Below, piece after piece: positions 49,601-62,600 of a stretch of DNA of 64,000 nt. A program made the position numbers and the translations under genes. The stretch is from NCBI GenBank assembly GCA_046563655.1, contig CM102290.1:2852001-2916000 (forward strand). The letters are read 5' to 3'. The notes under the pieces are model-generated. The model was given only the letters and a program-made list of their open reading frames with translations, did no database searches and was not told the DNA's origin. The stretch's first letter is position 1, and each line of letters begins with the position of its first letter. Source of the DNA: Yuukianura sp. NJ FZ-2021 (Eukaryota).

Positions 49601-52600
49601 TTTTAATTCTGAAACTTCAGACAGGAAAACTGGAAAGCCATAGTCTAGCTTTCACTTTTTTCTTAATTTTGAAAAGTGGAGCCATAGTCTACATCCTAAT
49701 TGTAAAAAAGGAAAGTCGGCTCATATTGCAATTCTAATCCTTCACGAGTCGCTATAAGCTTTAAGGCTTTCTCCACTTATAAATCATTTTTAAACAATTG
49801 AAATATAATTCAAGTGTATACTCTTGGTCCTTTGTTTTAATTCACAGTTTCAAAAAACATGTGTCACACTGCATTTGTTAAAATTTCAAAAGCTTGTTTA
49901 AAAAAATGACTTGGATTACCGTTTCAACATTTTTTTTAAAGTTTAAAGTGAACAATAGTGGATGATTTTGATTACCTATATGAAGATGACGAGATTTGGC
50001 AGCAGGACTGTCGGGAACAAAGTCAGCAATTTTGATTCTGTCTTTGTCGTCACTTCTGTTCTGTTCCAGAAAACAAAAGGAGAAAGTTAAATCGCTGACG
50101 TTGAACAAATGAATCCAGAGAAAATTTGAAAGTACATAGCATTATCTTTGTGTGTGTGGTGAATTTCATTTTGTGGCTTTCTCTCTCAAAACGGATTGTA
50201 GTGGAGAGAAAGTGTCTATTTCTACAGAAAAGCCTATTGGAAAAGCTAATGGATGCGGAGAAGCGTATCATTTTCTCATTGTTTTCGAATCTTCTCTCGC
50301 GCTTTCAGCGGAAGTGAACGTTCCCTTTATTCTAGGCTTTCTAAGCTACCGTAACATAGGGAGAAGAGCAGATAGTAACTAAGGAACGAGAGAAAGCCGT
50401 TTCATCTGCATTTCTTGATGTGACACTTCCACTAACGGGATTTTACTTCCAGCGGCTAAGCACTTTTGGAAGAGTCGTAAACAGGTCACATAGCCGCCTT
50501 AATGAGGACTTCAGGAGACTAAGGGCGGGAAATTTAATGAATTAGACCAAGCGTAGCGTTAATGACTTTGTAACCACGCCCATAAGTGTAAATCAATCTA
50601 ACACCTTAACCTCAGTCTGACTTAGCCTAACCTAGTCTATTACAGTCACCAATGCAAAGTATAGTCAAACATCAATCGTGTACGTCGACATTAGTGGTTG
50701 TAGTATAATGTTCAGTTTAGTTTTTGTTAGTATTCGATTACAGGTAAGTTCCCATTCTAAATTATTGATTTTTGAATTTGATAAATAAAATTTGAATTTG
50801 TAAAAAATTTGAAACCAGCTTTTACTTTTGGTTTCATTTGTCGGAAAACTTACGGTGCTAGATGAAGGTAAATGTTGTATATCACGGACGTGTTCCTCGG
50901 AAAAGCTTCTGCGCATGTCTACTGAGCCGTTTGGTCCTGACTTTTGTGGAATGATTCCAAGAAGCGTTTCCAGGTAACTAGTTACAGGAGCCTCCAAGTT
51001 AATCCTGTTGCTCAATGTCAAGTTGACGTGACGGATTTGACGCTGAGATTTCACAGAAAAAACAGAGTCCGTCTCCCACGACGACGAAGACCCACCGCTC
51101 GTTACGTTATTTTTCCTTCGCGCCATTGCTTCTTCCTGGCCATCATTTTTGGACGGCCGCTCTCCTGCCAACTTTGAAACTTCCGTCGTCACCTTCTTTG
51201 ACTTTCGCCTGAGAAACCGAACTATTCGTCCATCTGAACCTAGAAAATGGACATGAGGACATTAAGATTTCTGAAAATGACGGTTGAAGACGTAACTGCT
51301 ACTGCTCCAACGTATAACTTCACCATTCAATTTAATACCGACGCCGTCCGAGGGCAGTTTGGTGGCCATGCCCCATTGACTACACTATCCTAATGTAACT
51401 TCCGAGATTCCAAAGGCGACAATTCCCTAGAAGGACATTAAGGGGGATCTATCTTGCAATTCCTCACAGACCATTTCACCTCATTTTACTTTTCATTCCG
51501 GGTGCTTTGGAGGACAATGACAAATTCCACTGGAGCCACCTGAGCCACCACCCACCTTAATGGTGGCTCCAACTCCTCCGTGGAACAAATTCTTATTTTA
51601 TCTGTGCCACCTAACTGAAATCATTGAACTTAACGGATCCCCAGAGTCCAAAAATACACAAAGCTCACCTAACCGAGCTAACTCAAGCAAACTTTTCACT
51701 TTTTAATTAAATTTTTTTGTCTAAAGCTCATAATTCGGACGAACCACAACTTTCTCCGTTTTTGACGTCTTCTGCTTGGCGTTGAAGCAATTGAAGAAAC
51801 TTTCGTTAAGGTCAAAGGTTGTCACAAATAAAAGAGTAGCAAAGCTGTGACCTTTTCGTAACATTTTCAAAAAAAGAGGAATGAATTGGAATTTTGGGCG
51901 GTATCAAGAATAGAGTGGGGCGTTATACCTCCTTTGGCAGGTCCTTGAGCTTCGTTTCTTTGTAGTTGGTGGGACTTTGGTGGGGCCTCACTCAATTTCA
52001 AGTTCTCTTCTTCAATCTCTGTCTCCGCAGCATCTTCCAAGTCGGACCCTGACGACACTGAATAGAATTCAATAATCCTCACATTCCCATCCACGTCTGT
52101 ATGCGACTCAATATCAGTTCCAAGGCTGTGGAATTACATAAAAAAAAACAAATTGAAGTGAAATATACAAAAACTTTTTCCCAAGCACTAGCATGCTAGT
52201 GTACTTGGGAAAAAGTTTTTAGCCTCTGCAGAGGCTAAACCTAAACAAAAAGTACAAATTCAATTTGAACTTTTTCAGCAAGAAAACACAATTTCATTCA
52301 AAACCATAAAAAAATAGAACCGACACTTTGGGAAAAATATAAGTCAATATATTTGAAACATTTTTTGGTATGATTTGTACAAATAATCAACGCTTTTTAC
52401 AAACTTTTTCGAAAAAGTTTTCTTATCTTAACCAAATTGATTTTTGTCGTGATTCAAGTTCGTTTCCGTTTGTTTATTTCTGCAAGTCCACCAAAAATTG
52501 GCTTTTTATAGGTAGCAAATAAGTGCTTTTCAAATTACAGAAGTGCAGGAAGTTCCTGTCTTGTATTTATTAGTTGATTTTTTTTTTAATTTTTCGGTTT

Positions 52601-55600
52601 AGAAAAAATTGCTTTCTCTACAACAACAAAAACTTCTAACTTCCGTTTGAATTTGAAAACCAAATGGATTCTGTTGTTTTAGTTTTTAATTTCGGCAATC
52701 CTTTTAGGTTAAAAAGCACTTTGTTTTTTGGCGGGAGTCCCGTGAGAGGCCAGGAGATGATACTCTTGCATACTAGGATAGCTTAAAACCATTTTGTGCA
52801 ATGGTTATTTCAGATGGTTACCAGCTTGCTGGGAGGTTACCAGTAAGGATAGGGGTTACGTTGGTGGTTACCATCTGAAAGTGAAAGTGGAGAAAACGGA
52901 TGTTACCCTAATCAGACCCAACATTTCCAGAACTCCTTCATCTCCTACTCCCTCACTTTCATTTTCTCATATTTTAGACATGAATCAAACCAAGACTAGG
53001 AATACAGTAACAGGCTTCCTTCCAGAACTTTTCGTAGACACGGATATTGGCTCTTTTCCAAATCCCGTTCCTTCTCTTCACTCAAAAAATTCTGGAAGAT
53101 GTTATCATACTAACCATAGAATAAGAAAAATTTATTGGTCCTATGATTTCTTTTCGAAATTTGGAACTATTTGAATAGTTCCGTTTTCAATTTGGACGAT
53201 ACTTTGTCTTTGAATTTAACCATGAACGTTTTCTTTATTACCCAAGAATCCATTGTCTAATTTTTTTGAATCCGCGACGTTGTACAACAGCAAAATTTCG
53301 GCAAAAAACTTAGGATTTTGAGCAAAAATTACACTGGAAATATTACAAAATTTACTATTTTTTTTGAATAGAGATCTTCTTGTTTCTGTTTTCTTTTAAC
53401 TTTAACAATTCCAAAATTTGTTAAATAATTTTTGTTATTTATAAGAGTTGAAAGAAGAGAAAGTAAATTAGTTTTGGTCGTTGATTAATTTAAGGGAATT
53501 TGTAATGTGAGTAGTTGGAATTAGGAATTATATTCTAGCCCATAAACTTCCTTCAACTTTCCTCTTCCAGAAAAGGAGAAAGTGGGTCTGGAGAAAAGGC
53601 GGTTTAAAATCAAACTGTGGATTATAAACAGTGTAGACGGTTGGGGCGGGATGAAATGAATTATTTTAAGACTACTGTTCCCATTTTCTGCCTCCTTTTG
53701 TTACACAAGTGGGAGAGGCTGCAGATTCTGGACCAAAAGTTGACTTTTTTCAGTTTCTTTTTGCCCATCATAAATTCAGCTCCTCCAGCCTTTTCTACGC
53801 TTCCAAATGACTCTGGCTGGAGCAATCTTGAGCTCCCTTCTAGCTAAATTTCTTTTTTTGAACATTTTCGGGCCAAAAAGCCACCGCTGCCGCTTTGAAG
53901 CGTTTTCCCTTTATATACAAGCGTAACGTACTGAATAAAATATAAACGAAGGAAAGGAGACTGAGCGGAAGTGGAGGAAAGGTGGGTCTGTTCTTAATTA
54001 CATCTCGCTAGTCCATCACCTCTGACCCAAATATACGTTTGACTAAACTACATTTTCAAAAAGTTAAACCAAAATATCATTTTGTTTTGGTTTTTGCAAG
54101 TATTTAACTTTTGAGTTAAAAAAAATGACTGTTTGTGAGGCTATTCCTATATTCTTAGATCAAATCTTAGTTCATTGACTTTGAGCGCAAGATTGAATAT
54201 AGATAATTCTGGGTTCGAAAAACTAATTATAAAAGCAATTTTCCCGATTTGAAACTTTTATAACCTTGTTAGGATTTTTAAAAACTGCTTTTGTGTATAT
54301 AGTTCTACTTACGCGTAATTTATAAATTTTAACAAGAGTAAAGTGGGTTTAGGAGCATCTTGGTCTGATGTTCATCATCCACTTCCGACGACCCACTTTG
54401 GCCTTAATGCCTTAACATCAAGAGTCAATTGTTTAGACACCACTTGAGCACAAAACTAACTTTTAGAACGGAAGCACTTCTCGGTCCAAAGTCATCTCAG
54501 ACCAACATTATCATTGTCTTCAAAGTTCATACTTATGATGAAACTTGGCCCATTTTATACTTTCAGGCGCCATTTTTGTGTCTAAAGAACTTTGGGCTGA
54601 CTCCTTTCAATTTGCAATTTGAATTTGAACTAAGAAGTTTTTGCAACAAAGTGTCAATCTCTTGCTTTTTTTTTTCGAAAAAAATGAGACAAGGAAAAGT
54701 CTTATCTACGATGCATCAAAACGGAAGTGGAACAGACAGACGCTTCCTCTGCCCAGATTTTCCTAAACAAATTTATAAAATATCAAAACAAACAAAAATC
54801 CAGAAGATTTTTTGGTTCGTCGCATCTATCGCAAGCGCAATAGTTTTGCTTTTCTCGAAAATTTTGATTTTTTTACTCAAATATTTGACTTCGTTTTCAA
54901 AATTACTTTTGCACTTTTTCGTGCCCTACCGCTTTTCCTTGCTTTCCACTTTTTGCGTGGGTTTGACCTTATGTCACTTGTGTCAGTTGTCATTTGTTGA
55001 AACCAAAGTTTTTGAGTGAAAGTGGATGAAGCAGAAAAGTAAGTTAGTTTTGTGAATTTGTCCCCAGAGGTCTTCTCTTTCAAGCTACAAAGCATGAGTC
55101 GATTCTTATAGGAAATTCTATTAAAGTTTTCCGAGGATAACTTACAGAAAGTAATTAGAGTTCTCTCGCGCCCTATTTTTGTCGTTGTGGCGGAAGCGGT
55201 CTTTCCTAAAAGTTTGAAGATTTGAGCGGTGGCGGCGGTGCGTCGTTGGAGCAGAAACTGATGGCGGAGGTCCCAGAGTATTTGGAAACTTTGTGTCACA
55301 CGAAGAACATGAACTTCTGCTTTCTGTTGAAGAAGTACACGAACTGGTCCAACTTTTGTCATCTTCTGATTCTGAAAGGAATCCAATCACCCGACTTTCA
55401 CCAAAATCAAACCACAGAGACTCAAAAATCATAACAAGAAACCACACCAGAACTTTGAGTCGTTCTTTTGAACTGGGCCTCTGACTGGCAGTTAATTATT
55501 AAAACTTAATTAAAATTATTGAGCGTCCTTACCATCATCTGCCTCTGACGAAGAGCATGTCCAACACTGTTCACTCTCGTCCGTGGCTCCCGAACTTTTG

Positions 55601-55893
55601 GACAAGGACGTGTCACTGTCGGTGTCAGAACCAGGACGGGTGGGCCACTTGACCTCCTCAGTCGAAGGACCTGTCACTCCTGTCCATTGTTCTGCCTTGG
55701 CACTGCTAGAAGCCCAACTAGGCTTCTGGAACTTCATACCCTGCGAAGTCCATCCAAGAAACCGCCCATTGTTTTCGTTTCGAATGACAGTCGGTGGATT
55801 TTGTTGAAGAGCCGAAAGTACTTCTTCATCTTGGGAATCCTCTTCAGAAATTTTGTAGATTTTCGGATCAAGTAGAGCCCTTCGTTCACTCAT
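40690..55893 (-). CDS. INTU: Inturned (PDZ plus longin domains; planar-cell-polarity effector / CPLANE), many small exons; 5' exons (55893-55145, ~52126-51930) assigned with less certainty
   Basis: LETLLGIIP (~50960); RIKIADFVPDSPAAKSRHLHI|GDWIRTINGIVVNPLNVEFIL (PDZ split across ~50000 and ~47850); ALTFKWDTLERAF; YCLGVCVFFEQRIVAST; C-terminal ECG...IWIGGR...LVVCL. These match Inturned blocks as I recall them. Confidence 0.78.
47990..48592. mobile_element. Foldback-type non-autonomous element (~600 bp) in an inturned intron; long TIRs built from ~12-bp subrepeats
   Basis: Left arm CCAGACACTAACGGACGGTCACTAACGGCCCGATATAC... is inverted at 48592 (…GTATATCGGGCCGTTAGTGACCGTCCGTTAATGCCTGG). Subrepeat (c)TAACGGACGGTCA. 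Spacer has CCTAA repeats and hairpin CCGCGCC-TTC-GGCGCGG. TSD not clear. Confidence 0.8.
52169..52239. repeat. Two abutting palindromes
   Basis: AAAAACTTTTTCCCAAG-CACTAGCATGCTAGTG-TA-CTTGGGAAAAAGTTTTT, followed by the perfect palindrome TTTAGCCTCTGCAGAGGCTAAA. Confidence 0.8.
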
Positions 55894-58800
55894 TTTCTTG
55901 ACACGGAAGAAAATTTGTTAGAGTAAACAGTAGGAGTTACAGTGCTTTCCTTCTGCGATTCTATCCGACGACCCATCAATCTGGTCCACGAGACAGAGAC
56001 ACTTTCTGGATCGTGTTTCGAACAACATTTGTTGTTCCAAATCCACTTGATTTCAAATACAAAATCCGCAACTTGTCATTTGTCACCCGCAACAGTTTAT
56101 TCTCTGGATCTGCCTACATTCCACACACTTTATACGGAAAATAAAAAACTAGAAACTCGCTTTCTCCGAATTCTTTTCAACACAAAGTTGATATTTTGGC
56201 AAAAGATAAAATTGTTGTTGAAATTATCTTTCAAGATGTTTTTCATGTCGAGTTTCTCTACACACTTTCAAGTCACGATGATCTTCGTACCATATCCAAT
56301 GTTACTTCGTTGTTATACATTTCCTCGGCACAGTATAACAATGAAAGAAAAAAGGAATTGTTGCCCAAAGGCATTTCCGACACCAGTATAAGTAGACGGT
56401 CGTTGCGTCTTCGCTTCCTACTTCCCTCATGCCTGTTCTCTCTTTTTTTTGCCATTTGGAGAGTCATGATTCAAGTCATGTTGTTCAAGAATTGGCGGGA
56501 GAGTTTGGGGCCATAAGTAGCCTAGTCCGCCCTTTTCCAAAAGGTTTCGCTTGATTCTAAAGCTCAAATTTCTGCAATTTCTTGCTTTCTCTCCTAACTC
56601 TAAAAGTCTCTCGTCTAGGTTAGGCTACTAGAAAGTAGATTTTTCTTGAAGCAAGGTTGCTCTCTGTCCCTATTTCGTTACAAAAGAAGAGGAAAAAAGA
56701 ACCAAAAGTCTTATTTCAATTCTATTATTTCCACCAGCATTCCTATACATTGCACTGCTTCGTCCTGGAGCTTGGATCCCCACACTTTGTCTTCTCTCTG
56801 TGCTGAACCGCCGTGACACTTCGGCTCTTGCCGAAACAAGCCGAACAAACTTTCTCCTCCAGCGATCCAACAGAACCTAAACTGCTGGAGCTACAAAGGC
56901 CCCGGTTCTTGTTTTCTCTGGCTCCACTCCCTTCTAGGCTTCAAACAGACGCTCAACTCTCAAAGTTTTGGTCGTCTAGTTCGGGATTTGGAGTTCAAAA
57001 AAAGTACGAAAAGAAAGGCTTTCTCACAGGTTCTCTTTGGTATTAAATCCATCAAGTTCCACAAACCAACGACAACAGTTCATCATTGTCAGTGAAAGTT
57101 TTTTTTAGAATTGAGAGACTGTCGGCCTACAGTAATTAGTTGCAAAAAAAATAATCGAAGGGAAATTCAAATTTACCATTCAGATTCACTTTAGTTGCAA
57201 ATGGATACTAGGTAAGACAGAGAAAAATGAAATTTGCTTTAAAAATTTAGATTCCTGGAAGAGAAAGTGGCTGAGGGAAAACAGGTCGCTTCCTTTGAAC
57301 TTTTACAGGTTGACGTAGCTATGTAGCCTGCAACAGGAATTTCGAACAGGTTACATTCCAGCGTGTAGCATGCGGACCAATACGTCAACTTTTTTTTATA
57401 AACGTAACAACAAAGTTCAAAGGAAAAGTTTCGGTGCTCTTTTTTTAGCTCCTTTGATTCAGGTCAATAAATGTTAGGAAACAAACGGCAGTGAGAAGGA
57501 GAAAGCAGAGAAAGTGTAATATAAATCAAACGTAATTCAAAAAATAGATTTACTTTTGGCAATAAAAAACATATTAAAAGGTCATGAACACTACAACATC
57601 AATTTAATTACAATCTAACAAAGTTATGAATTAAAAACTGGATCAATTTGAACATAACTAATGCAAGGAATTAAGGATTTCGAGAACTCCTCCCCCTCAA
57701 TTAACCTTGTTAAGTTCAAATTGAAGGTTTGGAAATTTGGAACATGCACTGGAACACGAAGTCTTTAGACACGATTTGGCTTTTCACCTAACACAATAAC
57801 CAACTTTGAGTTTATTCAATTTTGCAACTTTAATTTCATTTTCAATTTCATTGGTGTTAAAGACTCTGTGAAAAGTTTTTGCATATTTTTACATTTTGGA
57901 AAATATGTTTTTGGGGCACTTCTTTTTGAAAATGTTTTGAAATGTTTAGAAAACCTTGGGTTTTAGAAAATTTATCATTAGGAAAACATAATTTTGAACG
58001 GCCTAAGAGAAAAGCGGCTTTAGATTTGTTTCCAAACTTTATTCGTGGAGCTTTTCAGTTCTAGCGAACGTTGGGGATTCATTTTACTTAAATGGCAAAA
58101 GTAAACGTTGAGATTTTGAGTCAAAATGGCAAGAAAAAGAAAAAAACAAACATTTTCCCTCGGTTTTTTTAATATTTCGAAAAAAAGGAGTCAATTCAAA
58201 AGAAGAAAGGTTTGGGAATGGAATTAAAGCAAAGTTAACAGAATTGCTAAAGACGGAGACAGTAGCTACTGGTTCCAAAATTCAAAGTTTATATAAATGA
58301 CTTTTGGGCTGAAAAGTCTAACTGACTTTCTCTTCTTTAGAGAAAAAGAAAAGGCAATTCTTTAACAAAAACTAAAAAGTTCAGAAATCGGAGAGGAAAT
58401 TAAGCATTTGGTCGGAAAAAGTTTTTATTTGAAACAAAAGATTTCTAATTTGAAAAAGTCACTTTCTCTCTTCCTTCCAAAGTATCTTGCCGCTGTTGTT
58501 ACAAAAGTTCTATTTTTAGACAAACAAGTTTTGCTCCAAATGCTAAGATAGTAAGTACTAAATCCAAGTACTGCCTTACTTTTCCTAACAATTTCCTCAT
58601 TTATGTTTCTAATTTCTAGCCTAACAAGGTTGTCTTCTTGTCCTGATTCTAAAACAACAAGTTTCGTACTTTCTTCTCCAACCTAACTAAATCAAAGCCA
58701 ACTTTCTCCTGAGAAACAAGATCTTCCACCTTCATCGTCGTCGTTTCCTTGTGACCTGGGTGCTAAAAGTCGATTATTGTATCAACGGAAGACGTCTCCA

Positions 58801-59553
58801 ATGGTACCCAACGTGCTTCTCCAATCCAGTATACTGCAGTAGTACTAGAACTCAAGAGATGAAAGCTTTTGAATTTGAATTTCCCACTGAAGTGAATTCA
58901 ACTTGTAATTTCCTGGACAAAGTGACAGTGTGGCCGTTCACTTTAGAACTTTCTGGAATACTAGATGGTGGTAGCAACAATTGAATTGAACCTACGATAG
59001 AAAAGGGGGATCTTCAATAGACTTTTATTGAGCGGATGAAAGGAGGTCGAGAATTCACTTTTCTTGCTTTCTCCTAAACATTTCACGGCGGTTTCGCGAC
59101 GCGAAATTTTGATTTCTGCGTTCCACGCACCAAGAACTTTCTATCATTTCAAACTTTTCGTCTCGGCTCTGAACTAACACGCATCGTGAACTTTGGAATT
59201 TTGGAGACTTCCGTGTCGCAACTCTCCGATTCAAATTTACCGCGCCGCGAATTTTTACTTTGACGCAGGCAAGAACTTTTTCGCTTCAACGCGTTCTTTC
59301 ATCCATAAATTGTTTAGCACTGCCCACTTCTTCTGCCTTTTTGAAAGGTGAAAGATCATTGGACTTGGAAATTTGAATAATGTGTTCTGTGGACCATTAA
59401 CCAAAGTGAATAGAATTAAGTAATTGGAAGGTTTTTGGACCTAGTAGCACTGTTTGACAACGGCGTTGGAAGAACTAGGTGTCAACTGCCAACTTTCACT
59501 ACGCTCTCTACACAGTATAAATTTGAACACAAAGGAACTTTTTTGAAACAAAT

Positions 59554-59659
59554 ATGGCCGATCCTGTAGTAGAGTTCAACGTAGGCGGAGTCTTTTACAC
59601 GACGCAAGTAAGCACCGTGAAAAAAGAGCCGGGGAAACTCGCCGAAATGTTTTCACAAG
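59554..59659 (+). CDS. First coding exon of a KCTD-family (T1/BTB domain) gene; remaining exons not found in the window
   Basis: MADPVVEFNVGGVFYTTQVSTVKKEPGKLAEMFSQ followed by the donor G|GTAAAA; NVGGxxYTT...LAxMF is the T1-type BTB start. Not in the ORF track because it is too short. Confidence 0.8.
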
Positions 59660-62600
59660 GTAAAAACATACAAAAAAGTGTTAAAACTATTAATTCACAG
59701 TGTATATAAGGTGGAGGGAGTGCAAAAGAGGCAACCTAACCTTTCAAATTGTTTTAAGTGACCTTAGATGACCTTATTACGCACCCAGCCTTCGTGTTTT
59801 GTTTTAACTGATGTGTGAATGAGATTTTCATTTCCGCCAAAACTTTCATTTTAGCAAGAAAAGTGGAAAATGAGGTTTTCGGATTTCCAAACTGAAGGAA
59901 AAACAAGTTTCAAAAGATTAGAAAGAGATTAGACTCTGCATATAATACGACTAATGACCTAAAAATTCAAATAGAAAAGAAAGAATTAGAGGGAAATTTT
60001 GAATTAAAAAGAATTGCATTATATGATCCACCTCCATTTTCATTTCAAAACAATTCTGAAAGAACATAAACTGAACAAAACTGTTTTAGTTTTAAAGAAA
60101 AAACACCAACAACGACTTTACGGCAATTCATTTTCTTGTTTTTTTTTTCTTCCGACCACTTTACTGTTAGTCGTAACTTTCACTGATTCTATCTCTATTT
60201 TTTTCTTCTTCTTGCAACAGCTTGGCATACTTTTGAAAGTAATCTCACGGCAGCTTTTGCGCCCGTGTGATTTAAAACCGCAATTTCTTTGGCAAACATT
60301 TGCTAAAAGCTAGAAAAAAGCAATTATTTTCATTTGTTTTTCCAACTGGCAACAATTTTTTGTTTCACAAGGGAAAACCACGTTTCAACTTACAAAAAAA
60401 AAGTTGAGAAACGAACAGTTCAATGTTCAAAACCAAAGTTAAACTTTTATAAACTACTCTCAGCATGAACTTTTCGTTATTTTGTACTTTTAAAAAGGCT
60501 GCGTGATTGAACTGTCAAAAATTTGACCTTTGACCTCTTACTGCCACCTTTGACTCCCTGTCTGTTGACGATGTTTTGAAATCTACCAAAGTGAGAACTG
60601 ATCCCATTACAGAATGAAAGCGTTTCCAGGTTGTAAACTGTCTGAACTGTCCTCTTCATGTCACTGGCTCCTTCTAAACAAATTCAATTACGTTCAAATC
60701 CTTAGTTGGCGGGAGTTTTCATACCAAACACGTCGTCTTTGCATTTTGAACTTTTTCAACACTTTCTTTTATGTCACATTTTTGGTCCGAAAATGGAATC
60801 ACTCTGGTCCAAAAAAATACGCGAAACAAAACGCTGAAAACGACACTGGAAGTGAAAGTTGTGCTAAAAGGTTTAGCAGAACTTTTGGTACTTAAAAGGT
60901 GTGTAAGCAAACACCGTCATTGTAAATTTGATGTACGTTTTTTCTCTTTCTAAAGATATTTAAGATATGAGAGGAGAAAGTTGATCGCTTTCTCCACTGC
61001 GCATTCACGCCCCACGCATGAATCCCCTTGACCTCAATGTTATCTTCATCTTAAGGAGCAGATCGATTGTTTCTTCTAAACAGTGCAGATATTAGCCACT
61101 TTTTTGCTTCTTTGGCTTTTTGAAACGCACGTTCCATGAATTTTTGTTACCTCAAAGGATTAACGACGAACGCCAAACTTTGTTCCACGGAGAATCTGCT
61201 TCTGAAACATTTTTTAACTGGAGAAAGTTAGCCAAACTTTTTTGTTTTTCTTCCAAAATGTTAATGAAAATGGACGTACGCCTCTTTCCATATTTTATTT
61301 AGATGCTTGTTGTAATTACCATTCCCATTATCCCCTTGCTGTCATTACTATTGTTAGGTTAGCCTAACCTATGACGTAGTCTCCTTCCTAATGTGTTGTA
61401 GAATATTCTATGACTGGAGATCCCATTTAGTAAAAACTCTGCTTCTAATCGATTAATGTCATACTAAAAAAGAAAGTAGAGCGAAAGCCTTTCCCTGTTC
61501 CAGCTTGTTCAAACAATTCGAAACTTTTGACGGTAACGTTCTAACAGGCTCCACACAGAGCCCAAAACCAAAGTTTTAGACAGTAGATGACGGTCAGAGA
61601 GCAAACAGTGTCAGGTTTGAAATTTCGAAAATCGGCGGTCTGGAACCGTTTGTTTAGTTCGAAACCGGAGGCGAATGGGCTATGACGTTGTTGACTTGAC
61701 ACATTTGGAAGAATCAGCAGAATCAGAATCCAACCGCACGTTGAGGTGAAACCTTTCACACTTTAAGTGTCAAATTATTTCTTAATCTGCCCCAGATCGA
61801 ATCATCGATCCCCCTTTCATCAGTTAGTGTAAAGGTCAAACCCTAACGGCTTTCGACGGTGACCTTCTGTCACTTTTAATTTGGGAAGCAATTTCGCTAT
61901 TTTCAAACAAAGCGCCTCGACTTCTCATTTGTTCTTAATAGACTTCGCATTTGTTAGAAATTGTATTCAACACAAACTGAAAAGTTTTTAACAACGATGA
62001 AGTTTATGAATAGAAACTTGAGTGCTGAACACCAAAATCGCTTTAGGTGTTAAAGAATTTTTTGTTTGTAATAAAATCTTTCTTTTTTTAAAAAAGCCGT
62101 TATAAAAGTAGGAAAAAGTAGTAAGTGTGATTTAACTTAAATTGGACTTGGCTAGAATGAGGTTGAAATCCTGGAAGGATAAAGGCTTCAAATTCATAGT
62201 CTCCCGCAGTTCTATTCGGATGGAAATGAACCAAGAGAGGTTTGGAATCGATTTGTGTGGGGCATACTACTGCCTACGTTCCAATTTTTTTTTTTCGAAA
62301 ATTTAAATTCCGCCGCTCTGCAACCACTACGACCACCACTATATTACAATATCCCACGCACTAATGAAATATTTTTTAGACTTTTTCTTTGCGTTCCCTT
62401 TCCTACTTTTGTTCATTAATCGTAACGACATGGGAAAGGCGTCGAAAATGAATCTATTCAAAAAAAGGGAAAGAAAAAAAAGAAAGCGCGCGAGAGAAAG
62501 TAGATTTTGAAATTGTCAAGGAACGTTTTGCATTTCCTAATCACATCCGTAGGACCAACTGCTGAGCCCAAGACGTTTACAAACCACACAAACACTCATT

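Noticed and set aside
54429..55019. 196-aa ORF with hydrophobic stretches
   Set aside because: Non-ATG start, F/K/L-rich composition typical of AT-rich intron DNA, antisense to inturned.
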